From Lingula anatina (taxonomy: Eukaryota; Animalia; Brachiopoda), in contig CM120643.1 of NCBI GenBank assembly GCA_051362555.1, forward strand, positions 18,356,848 to 18,420,847: a stretch of DNA of 64,000 bases, given 5' to 3'. Made by a program: the position numbers and the translations under genes. The notes under the pieces were generated by a model. The model had not been told where the DNA came from, did not search any database, and saw only the letters and a list, made by a program, of their open reading frames with translations. Shown here in pieces: positions 1-11,297 of the stretch (position 1 is its first letter; the number at the start of each line of letters is the position of its first letter).

Positions 1-82
1 TGTGCATTAAGACGCCATTGATTTAAGTGAGGATATGTTAAACGTGTTGGACCTATATCCTGCGACAAAGCTTAATTTTCAG

Positions 83-271
83 TCACAGGATACGGACCAT
101 TCAATTTATGAACGTGACTCGGATATTTTCCTACGCCGAAGAAGCTGTCCTTTTTGTAAATGGCTGAACATGCCGTGCCGCACGTCTTCTTACACTGTAC
201 GGGAAGACGGTTCCGTCCAGGTGACATATACAAGTGACGGCTACAGGTGTTTGGCCGATTACTCGCTTTAG
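83..271 (+). CDS. Possible terminal coding exon of an unidentified upstream gene (SQDTDHSIYERD...CLADYSL*)
   Basis: Acceptor-like ttttcAG at 76-82 in frame with ORF 35..271; higher GC than flanks; AATAAA downstream (about 482 and 660). No recognisable domain. Confidence 0.3.
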   Translation, partial: SQDTDHSIYERDSDIFLRRRSCPFCKWLNMPCRTSSYTVREDGSVQVTYTSDGYRCLADYSL

Positions 272-3200
272 GCACTCATCGATGCGGTTTGATTGCATTT
301 TTGTCCGATGAATGAAATTCAAGTTCAAGTATTGTAAGCGCTTCAAGATCCAGATGTTACACCAATGATTTGTATCCGCACGTGCGTGACCGCAGGTATG
401 TTTGTCTGACTGCCTCACCTGGTTATATATTAAATACTTGATGAGTAAAAATAACTAGTAGGTCAGATTTGTTCAGGTTGTAATAAACCTGTTTCGAAAC
501 TATGATCACTTATATCTATCTGGATATGGCTAAATTTTACTGAAAAGCTATAGGGAATTCAATTGTTGTCGCATTACAACATTACGTTAATATCATTAAT
601 CAACACTATTCAAAGTTTATCACTAATCCGCTTTATTTCTTTTTATTACAGGGACCTTCAATAAATGGCAAAATTTCGACCATCATACTTGAATATGTTC
701 TATTCTTTTAATAGGCACGTCTTATTATTTAAATCGGCTCAGACCAAGGAGACATAAAACGGGGTGAATTCGCTTACTCGAGCTGATGACGCAACAGCAG
801 CGTTTTAGAAATGAAACCTTACAGATCTCCCTTGTCTGAACAGCTATTTTAATACCCAAAAAAGTGTCTTTTACGCCTATTCAATCCACAAACAAATACT
901 GCCAGGGAATTTTCACGAAAGGCTTACTTCTGATTTTATCACTGAAGGAGAGAAATGATACCTTTGTTTAAAGAAGCATCGTAATTAGGGGACTCATGTC
1001 TCCTTAACACAAAATTTAAACCAACCGACAGCACCAGACTATAGTTCACACTCTAGTCAGTTGCGAATAAAGCAACAAAAACGGGAGTTTGCACTCTAAA
1101 AGTGTTTATATGTTTTACACTGATGTTAAGATAAGTATTGTACATAAAGGACATGTGAAAAACTATTTTGCCATATGCAGGCCTTTATGAAGTATCGAAC
1201 CACCTTAAGGTAAATATTACACTGAGTCGGTAGAAGTTGTCGGCGTCCACAGACAAGCTAATAAATCAAACAACGTGAGTAATTAAATATGTATAAAGTC
1301 CTGTTACGGAATAGTAGGGACAGGGAAATCACACAAAACCCCGTTTATCAGATTCTGAGGCTAAAAGATTCGGTCGACACTGCATTATTTTTATATGTAT
1401 ATACGTATTTACTGTTATTCTCAGACTTCTTATTGGAATTGTTCCTTGGATTCTTGACAAAATCGATAGCCCGATGCGGATCAGGAAACCAAAAACTGCT
1501 GCACGTTATTTTAAAGAAGGCATCTTTCCCTTTCTCTGTATTTATCACAGGTACAAGGATTTCCTTTTTGACTGCCGATCGCGTGAATACACGAAATCAT
1601 ATATAACAAAAGCTAAAAGCCAATATATATTCCCCACGTACCATGAACTATTAGCTGTAACTAATATACATATAACAACACTGTGTTTATGTTGTTTTCA
1701 TTCTTAATTTTATTTCTAAATGAACATTTAAGTAGTAGATGTTTTTATGTAGTGGACCCTAATTTTTTCGGAACTAATTTTTTCGCCGGTAGCATATCAG
1801 CCGAAGCACCAAACGGAACTACTCCCCCTCCATATTAAAACCGCAACACGATATCTAAATCTAAACCCTCCGCCTTCCCCATTGTTTTTAAAGCAAACTT
1901 TGCAATTATTTTTAAAGTTACAGAACTTTAACATTTGGTTTTACAAGTGTTTGGTGGTTATGGTGGTTTTCCCGACCTGTAGTGTAAGATTTAGTCTGTA
2001 TATATAATTTTTTTCTATGCGGTTATGTAAATAATATATATCATTCAGATTTTATTTTATTATGTCGATAATATATCGGCTAGATAATTTCTCTAGAAAC
2101 GTTGTCCCTTTGTTATCAAAATTCACTTTACAACACACTGGGCACAGCTGACATAAATATATATTTGAAAATAGAAGTAAAATGTGCATGTATCTGAATA
2201 TATATACATATATGACTTATCTCCTGGCTAATCCAAATACATGTGTGTATAAATATAATAATATTTATATAATTTATTGTTGTCTGTCACATACTTCAGC
2301 TGGATGTAATAGCGTATGGATTTTACAGTCGACAAAGCGCAAGTACTAGTAAATGGTTCCTGTTTAAATGTCCCGCCCAAAATTCTTGGTTTTTCTTGGC
2401 ATATAGAATCTAAAGACCGCCGTCGTCATATTCGTCCCTTCACTTTAAGTAGGCCTATACTTCCTAAATCAAAACTTATTTCCAAATATAAGTTGCTAGA
2501 TATATTTTGATTTTGTAACGTAAATACTGAATGTCGCAGCTGCGAAAAAGGGGGAAATGTCTTTCATTTCGTGTCACTTAGAAAAATATGTAATATCATC
2601 GATGTCCGATAGTTCTCTGATACAACAATTTCAGATTGAAATCAATCGCACTTATTAACGGTAATTAGTTATGTCTAGATATGTCCTTTTTTAGTTACGC
2701 ATGTTGATTTCAGATTTTATTTTAGACAATAAACTTATCCAACAAGAGATTATCATTTAAACAAAAACACTTGAGCTTTATTGAGCTTTTAGTCCGATTT
2801 CAATAAGAGTTTGAAATATACTCATCAGCAAGGGGAGATAAAAAACAATGATTATACAACAAAATGTTGAAAATGCTCTCCTATTTATAAGTTGCACAAA
2901 AACATATTGGCTTTCCCAGGTACTTAAGATTCTTTAAAGCAGCTTAGCAACGTGTTTACGTTTTGAAAAGAATTTATCAGCTCGTTTCATCATTCTGATG
3001 CATAGATCTTTCATATTTACCCACTGCTTTGTATTTAAAAAACGGTCACGTGTATTGTTCACATGATAACGGAGAGTGACAAGCACTACATACATCTACC
3101 TTTTCTTGGTTTAGAAAAAAAAGACACACTTTCGCTACAACATTCCGATAAGCAGCAAAAAGATGTTTCGGAGGTTTGAAGACTTATTTATGGGTTCACA

Positions 3201-6200
3201 GCTGTCCATACCTGTTGTTTGTTTGGCAGACGATCTTATATCCCGAATCCACGAACTTCCGTATCAGAACCATTCACAAGACTAAATTTATCTGTCTGTA
3301 ATGTGTGCGTGTGTGTGTCAGATCTAGATAATTTGCAACATATCATTCTATATGAATATGCTATGTGACAAACAAAAAAACAAAAAGTCGAGTTAAGTTG
3401 TAAATGTTTTATGAATCTGAAAAAAATTAATGCGACTACTTGACTTTTTATGACAAAGATACACATGGGATCATTTTACTAGTTCCGTATGCATCAGGGC
3501 GTTCCTTTCTGAACCGATTTGTCTGTAAGTTGTTCCACTTTTTCGGACTAGTTAAAATTGGAAAATTTCCTTTTCTAAACTCTATTGCTTCGATTAGTTT
3601 TAATTCGCAGTGACGTTTGTGGGCGATTCTGTTGAACGAAGCCGTGGGTATTGTATATTTGTTTTTAACGACTTTGATTTTTTGCCGGCCGGCAAACAAT
3701 GAAACGATTCAAAGCGATGAATTCGTCATAGATAAATGTTGCTCTTAGGTGAATAATTTATATGATGGCATAATGGTATGTTGTCAGGTATAGATGTGAT
3801 TTCATTGCAGTCGCGTTTATAGACAGCGATAGTCATAGTATTGATGATTGATAAGGCTACTGATTTATTCATGAAAGACCACAGAAACAAGTGGGCTAGA
3901 TAGAAAGATGAATGTAAGAATGAATAAAAAAGGATAAATGAATGAAAGAAAGAAAAAGACAGAAAAGAAAAAGATAAGAAATAAAGGAATGGATATCTGA
4001 ATTGATGCAAAAAAAGTAGAGGGAAAAAAGAATGAAAAGACGGCTAGGACCAAACAGTAGACAGAAAGAAAAAGCAAAACAATTGTTTTTGTTATGGATT
4101 TCGTAAATTTACATTCATACCGACACTAATTCCCGTTATATACGAAAAATTCAAAACACATTTAAATAAAGGGTACTTGAATCAGTGAACATTTAAAATC
4201 GATTAAAGACTCAAAGTCAATGTACTGTCGCCTGAAACTCTCATTCCGTCCACTGTCCAACCCCTGACCCCTTCCCCATCCCCTGTGCAGTACAACTTAA
4301 AAAGCCCGTCTTTATTATTCAGAGAAGTCGGTTTTTCACTGGAACTTGACAGGTAGATACACCTGACGCCTTGTTGGACATAAATGAAAAATTATAGCAT
4401 GGATTAGGAGGGTAATTTAAAGAGAAAAACACGCATTTGACCTCAGCCACGAGGCAACGGCTGTACCTAAACCTGTGAAATGTGTCATAGTGCCAGTCTA
4501 TATTTAAATACTTATAAAACAGATTCTATTTTCAGAGACTCTCTGTGTCGTTAAAGGCGTAGAACTAGCGTCACAAACTTGTTCACAAGCATTAATTATT
4601 ACACCGTGGCATTTCCTGTGTCCTTAGATGATACGCAAACGAATAGAATTATACTGAGACGGTACATAAACATTTTTTTCTAGCAATATCTTAAGACATA
4701 AACTAATTTCTTTAGTTTTTTTTTTTTATTTTTTTATTTGTTTTATTTTATATTATTTATTTAAATAGTTGCGTATTTTTTTGCCCATTGATGTGACATG
4801 TTTATTTTAAGGTCCATCAATGTTTTTCTGCGTCGCACACAAAAACTTCACCTCAATCCCGTACTCGTACGTCAGCAAACTTCCTCCAAACCAAACCGCC
4901 TTTCTTTGGAAACCATTACAACCCAAGCAAAGCATACTTGATTATCTTAATCGTAACATACAAACATCTGAAATGTTGTTTTTTTTATATCAGACACCTA
5001 AGATCATTCTATTTCAATTCTTTAAGGCCACCATTATGGTGAAGAAAACACCTAGATTAAACCCCACGCGTCAAATCTACATGTGTTTGTAATGTTCAAA
5101 GTTATAATTTTCTGTCCTCAACAATATTACCTGATAGACTCCTTCAAAATAGAAGTGTCTTCTTCAATTAAGCAAGACACTTCAATGACTACCGTAGAGC
5201 CTACACACTGCATTGTGGCGGTGTAGCTTTATTTGCGCTAATTGTAGTCGCTATAGTACAGGGGTACTTAAAATATATGTGATTACCAAGGGTACATATC
5301 AGAAGGACAAATATTTGTTGGTAAACAAAGGAAAATTTATTAGCTAAAAGATGTACAATCCAAGTGAAAAGTTAGATGGTTTTTTAGCAATCTACCACTA
5401 CTAACTGATCACCTTAAAAATTAATTCACTAGCAAATTTAAACCTATTGGAATACAATTCATTCGAGTTTCACAACTTAATAGTCTACAGATTCGCTCGC
5501 AGAAGAATTAAATGCTCAATGTTTTACAGTTATTACCAGATTACCAGGTACTTAAGTCATTTTGATAGTGTTCGAAAACGACACCTCTTCTGACTTCGAG
5601 GATAATTTTAATAAAAACTTAAGGTACACATTTGGCCGCACGGTGGGTTCTTACCCTCACCCCCGCCCCCCCCCACCCCCCCTGCTCCCAATGACGAATA
5701 AAATTAGGCAAAATGTTGATCCCTTTGCGCCTCCTCTCCTCACAGGCAAAATCCTGTATCTGCAAGAGGCTACTGAAAGATGTTGTTTCAGCACTAACCA
5801 CTGTTTGATAGACCTGCTAGAGCATCACATTCTTTGTTCGACAATTACAGTGACGCTTGTTCTTTGTGACAAATGCTAGGTATAACAACCTGCCAGGAAA
5901 ATTTTCAGGACACAGCATAGAAATGAGTAAGTGAAGAGGACAAAATGCAATATTGTGCTGCAGGCAGACGTAGAAGTTGTTTTAATTCGTATGTCACTGT
6001 TTATTCTCGTGGCATGGACGCGTGCTTTAGAATGAGGCGCCCGAACCTGAAATGTGTGGGGGGCTTTTTTTTTTTTATCCATCCGTCTGCTGTGTTTTAT
6101 ATTGGTTGTGTGCGTCTTTGAGTTCCGCTTGCGCGTTTAAAATAGCACAATTAAAGAAATGACAGCAGTGGCCTTAACTTCCATCCAAAGAAAGTTTAAG

Positions 6201-6269
6201 CAGAAAGACGTGTTTTTAACATTCGCCAATTTTTCACAACCAGCAGCATGCAAGCCTGTCTCGTAGCAG

Positions 6270-6472
6270 TGACGTCGTGGTGACGTCAATGCCTCGGTGC
6301 GCTCTCATTGGGGGTAAGCGCTTACTGGATTGACGAGTCGGTTCTCACACAGCTGCGAAGACCTGTCTGCCAGGTGAATGAGTCAGGCCACAGAGAGGGC
6401 ACAAGGAAGAATGATTCATTGCTCGGCAAAAGGGAAAGTTGTGTCAAGGGGCGGTCCTGCCAAGTATATAAA
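6270..6472 (+). promoter_or_regulatory. Putative promoter of RGK gene A (CRE, AP-1, GC box, TATA)
   Basis: TGACGTCG 6270-6277, perfect CRE TGACGTCA 6281-6288, AP-1 TGAGTCA 6379-6385, GGGGCGG 6448-6454, TATATAAA 6465-6472 about 135 nt before ATG 6605. Confidence 0.6.
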
Positions 6473-6604
6473 CTGGAGACCTGAGCGATGGAGATCAAAA
6501 TCGAAACGCAAACAGAGATCAAAAGACGCAATCGCATCTCAAGCTTACTGATATCTACGAAAAGTTGATAGCTTTTAGGTATACCTGAACTGTGTCTACG
6601 CGAT

Positions 6605-6855
6605 ATGCTGTTCAATAACAATTCAGAGATGTCTCTCGCTACAGCTAACTACGACGATTTCGGTATCAACCGTGACTTTCAGCCGCAACAACAGCAGGGC
6701 GACTGCTGTTTGGTTCGATCTTTCTCTATATCCCGTAAAGGCCTTCTCAGCCGGGGCGATTCCGTCAAGAGACGCTCTGTGATCAGCACTGGCTCCAGTG
6801 ACAGCGGCGTCTGCAGCGAGCCCGATTTGACAGATTGCAAAGATTTCAGCGGCAG
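6605..6855 (+). CDS. RGK-A coding exon 1 (N-terminal extension)
   Basis: ATG 6605; donor CAG|GTGAGT; motif RSFSISRKGLLSRGDS shared with paralog B. Confidence 0.8.
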
Positions 6856-7667
6856 GTGAGTTGATACATTTGTGTTGATTAGAACAGAAGTACAAAATAT
6901 ATGTCACGGTATTAGTCTGATGCTCGGTTTTATGTCAGTGTACATGTAGTTGGAAGAAAAGTGGAACCTTGAACAGAAATGCACTGAGAACACCAGCTGA
7001 TCCTTGGCGTTCGTACAGAGACAGCAGATAGTCTTTAAGAGTATAAATATATTCCTAGAGAATATTGCTGAATTTCATAACAAAATCAGAAACTTGCCAA
7101 CCATTAGTCTTAAGTGTAACGAACTTAGAACAAATAAAAAGGTGATTCAATTGTTTTGTATAAAAAATAATGTTACGTGACTTAGAGACGGTGGATCAAA
7201 CCGGACATGAATTTCAATTTGCTTCGTCTTCTTTTTCTCATCAAATCCAGAGCAAAAGGCCCAAACACCATTAAGATCCATTTTATTGAAAATACCAGAT
7301 TTGCCTTTAAAAATCTCGATCGAATTAGAACTGGATGCAGGTCTGAAATTGCAGACAATTATTACAGCTTGCCATCTACTGCATCATTGCCCTCAATATA
7401 GTGAACCAGTTCGCAGAGTAGTCCCACCTCAGTGCTGATTGCTTCATAGTGACTTTTGAGATTGTTTAAGAAATGTAAATCTTAATCTGTATATTACAAC
7501 CTGCGCTGAGAAGAATGTGGAGGGAGGTTTTAAATACTTGTTATTATTATTATTTCAGACATCACGTCGTTGTGTATGGCTCAGGGGGTGTGGGAAGAAG
7601 CGCTCTGATTTCACAACTCACCAAATCCGATAGCAGTGATACCGACTCTTGTAAGTCTAGAACATAC

Positions 7668-7734
<67 letters not shown>

Positions 7735-10700
7735 AAAGGGGGGATAGAGAGAGAGAGAGAGAGGGGAAAGGGGGGATAGAGAGAGGGTGAGACTGAGCTG
7801 TACTTATTTGAAGTTTAACTGTTTCACTTGTGTTCTACTGTAAGTGCGTTGCATATCACAAACAAACGCGTGTGGGATTATGATAGATTGGACAGGTTTA
7901 AACTGCCAAATTATTCTCCTTGGTGAATACTGATAGATAAAGAGGAAGATAGAGTAAGAGAGAGGTTGGGAGCGAAAATAAAAGTATTTTAGCAGAGACC
8001 ACTGGGAAATACAGCTCATTGAAATATCCCGTTGGTATTCAGACTTGTGGAATATCAATATGTAATGCTTTTAACGCCGCTAGAAATAACTTTCTGTCAG
8101 TAACAATATATCTGGCAGTTGGAAATCAGTGGTAAATATAGCAAACAACAAGGTACCGTTTCCGCTGAAATTTCGAAATTTTAATATCCAGTGCTTTTAT
8201 CGAGGCTGAAAATAGCATTTTTGTCAATAACAATGAGCAGTTATTATTAAACGCGTCCTGTTTTGGTTAGAATATTGTATTGATTGAGCTTCACTTAGAC
8301 GCCTAGATGAAATCAAGATGATGGGAAATCGATGGGAGATTAAACAAAAGAATGGAAATTTATATTACAATATTGAAGTAGAAGGGTAATAACGCCGTGA
8401 TTCAATCATAATAATGCCCACACGCCACGTGCTTTGACTTGTGAAATAACGAAATTGAAGGGAAATTACTTGGCCGTACGCTGAATCCGAAATCTGCTAA
8501 AATTGGGGAATGATGCCAAAGTTATTTTGAAAGCATGAAATATTTTATCCAAGTTGGTCTCGAATATAAAGACACACTAGGCACTGGGTTTCAAAAGTTG
8601 CATTAACAATTTCTCTTGCAACAACAGCGTAACTTATTTCAACTCTTATATTTCACTGTCTAACAAGACACCTTTTTCAGGGATGTTACAGGTGTAATTA
8701 TTAATTTTTTAAATTTGTAAGTTGGGGATTATAGTACTCCTCCTCCCTTCCCTCTATCCAAAAACGCCAGGCAGAGGTCAAAGAGATTGGTTCCAACGTT
8801 TCTGTTGAAACTTGTTCTTCTTATACATGAAATACTGTAATGAAACTCTGAGTTGGAGAGCAAATAAGCCTGATGAATTAAGATTTTGCTTGAAGAAGAA
8901 TCCATTATTGTATCTGTGAGTGCATAACCGATGAAATTCTGTACTGGATTTCAGAGGGTTAATTTTGAGAGCTTTGACTCACTAGAGCTACTCAAAAAGT
9001 CGTAGACCATGTCCGATAAGGACGAAAAGTCAGACCTTGAGCAGATACCAATGCTGTTATAAACGGATGAATCATTGTTTAAAGTAGTCACTTTATTAAA
9101 ACAGGTGAAGTTCACACGTGTGGATTTTTATCTCTTCTCTCTTGGCGGGTCGCTTTTCTGGCATCAAAACACTCTCTGTGCTTCTTAAAAGCCACAAGCT
9201 AAGCTTCTGCGGTAAGACAAGCGGTTTAAGGCGTTGGTACAAAACCGCGCCGTCTTCTAACAAGTTCACCCCCTTTAATCGCGAGAAGCTAATAGCGCCT
9301 CTTTTTGTATATAAACTGCCTTGTTGTGGAGTAATCTGTAACACGTGAAATTAATATAGCACTCTGGCTACTGGAATCCCATTGACACACCATCTGCTGC
9401 AAGGTACCTGATTTAATGTATCGACAGAGGTTTGAGCACTGGTAATGCCAACCCAGTCTCTGCCATCAGTGTTAAGCATACCCAGATGTTTTTGACATTA
9501 AGTTCCCAACCAGCAGACAGCTCTGACGTCATTGCATGTGCCATGGTTTAAATTTAGAGTCAGGTGTATATTAAGCGAGTAGTTTAAGTTAATTTATTTA
9601 CTGAAACCGCGATCAGTTATAGTTTGGTTGGATTCGATCCGAAAATATACAACATTAGGCCTAAGGCACGATTTTAAGCTTTTGCCTGTGACTAATAGAT
9701 GCGCTCTTTACAGTACTTGGATCCTGGAGCCACAAACATGTGACAATAACGGTGCATCAAATACGAACTGATTTAATAGACACACTGGACAAAAAACTGC
9801 TGCATAATAAATAACCACGACCTGTCTAAAAATACACGAGCACAAATGAATCTTTGTGCTTTAATTATGAATAATCGAATGTGATTAACGGGTTGTCTTG
9901 TCTGAGATGAAATGGTTAATTGTCTTTCTATATTTAGATTTGTTGAAATAATGAAAGGTGATGGATTAACCAGCTTAAGGCCTAATCATATATTAATGCT
10001 ACGATTGTTTCGTGTACTAATTAGTTCCATTTTCCCCAGGCGATGAATCAACTCAATTGACTAACATGGTGGTCGTAGAACTGGATGACGAAGAAGCCGA
10101 ACTGTGCTTTGTGGAAAGCCAGGAAACAAAGGTACAGATTTGCTACAAACTACGTACTTTTCTGAAACAAACAAAAGAAATGTGTTATCGTACGTTATGT
10201 ATTGTGGTACTGTAACATACTTTGACCTTATCTTTTACCAGCCAGTTCAACTTACAATGGAAGCGAATAGTAATTCCCAGTCCAAATATGATTCATACTC
10301 TGTAAATCACTGATTATTCAAAATTTATAACTTAACTTATTATGTGAACCCACTTAGCCGTGCCTTAATAATGGTGGTGGCGAAGTAATTTTTTAGGTCA
10401 TTGTAGTGATTGTGTTTTTCATTTTAATTTTCCAAATTCAAGATCATATAACATTCTTGAATTGCGTATATTTACAGGAAATTCCGTACGCGGATGCGTA
10501 TATCATAACGTACAGCATTGACCACCGTAATTCATTCCGCTTTGCCCGCAACGTACTGCTCAGCCTCCGCCAAAGTGTTGGAGAGTCAAAACCCGTGCTG
10601 CTTGTTGGATGTAAGAGTGACTTAGAGAGAACACGAGAAGTACCGGTGGAAGGTAGGCGATACGATAGTTGCCTTTACTACAGTTGTTTGGACTTCTAAT

Positions 10701-11297
10701 GGCTTCTCGTTGCCAAAATGGCGGATCCGGATTCGGGATGTACAGAAAAACCAACTCTTCCCAAAGCAAAATGGGTCCGCCAATTTTCAATATCTTCTTA
10801 TGCTTATTATTGGGCTATAAAGAGATACACAAATCGTCATACCAGTAGTGGTTGCTGAAAACGCTGACCATTTCAACCGAGAGGTGTTATGTTCAGCGGT
10901 TGGCACATGAAGCCTTCTACATAAAATCTTTTCAATAAGCTTATAATGAATATTGTATATAATATGCGTTTAGTGCTCAGTCCTATTATCACTGTAGCCC
11001 TTAATTTTAAAAGTATTATAAAAGTAATTTTTTCACTTTATAGATGCCAGAACACTTGCCTTTGACAACCAAGCGAAGTTTATCGAAGTTTCCGTACTTT
11101 TGAACTTCCACGTTGACGAACTACTGGTAGGCACGCTGACCCAGATTCGGTTAAGAGAGAAGTGGGACATGGAAGACGTAAAACTATCGCCAAAAAGCAG
11201 ACAATCGTCTTCCAAAGGAGCGAAAGGACTGGTGAAACGTTTCCTTAAAAGAAACTCATCGAAATCCAAGTCGTGTGAGGATCTGTACGTGCATTAG
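6605..11297 (+). CDS. RGK-family (Rad/Rem/Gem/Kir) Ras-like GTP-binding protein, paralog A, 287 aa, 5 coding exons
   Basis: Exons 6605-6855, 7559-7650, 10040-10131, 10478-10652 and 11044-11297 join in frame (864 nt) with GT-AG introns. Motifs: G1-like VVVYGSGGVGRS, ADAYIITYSI, G4-like LLVGCKSDL, G5-like FIEVSV, HVDELLVG, basic KGLVKRFLKR and C-terminal KSKSCEDLYVH (Cys at -7, the RGK hallmark). Confidence 0.9.
7559..7650 (+). CDS. RGK-A coding exon 2 (P-loop region)
   Basis: tttcAG acceptor, GTAAGT donor; HHVVVYGSGGVGRSALISQLT. Confidence 0.85.
7672..7787. repeat. (GA)n microsatellite with two GGGGAAAGGGGGAT-type interruptions
   Basis: Read directly; it explains the spurious RERERE tail of ORF 7515..7790. 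Confidence 0.95.
10040..10131 (+). CDS. RGK-A coding exon 3 (switch region)
   Basis: tttccccAG acceptor, AAG|GTACAG donor; NMVVVELDDEEAELCFVE aligns with paralog B SVVVGLDNEETEICFL. Absent from the ORF track. Confidence 0.85.
10478..10652 (+). CDS. RGK-A coding exon 4
   Basis: tttacAG acceptor, G|GTAGGC donor; ADAYIITYSIDHRNSF...LLVGCKSDLERTREV. Confidence 0.9.
11044..11297 (+). CDS. RGK-A coding exon 5 (G5 and RGK C-terminal tail)
   Basis: ctttatAG acceptor; ends KSKSCEDLYVH*. Confidence 0.9.

Noticed and set aside
3726-4077. Phe/Ser/Leu-rich ORFs resembling membrane proteins
   Set aside because: Translation of a purine-rich low-complexity tract on the opposite strand.
9656-9984. TAGGCCTAAG / CTTAAGGCCTA as possible TIRs
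   Set aside because: TAGGCCTA is frequent throughout the window and the match is too short.
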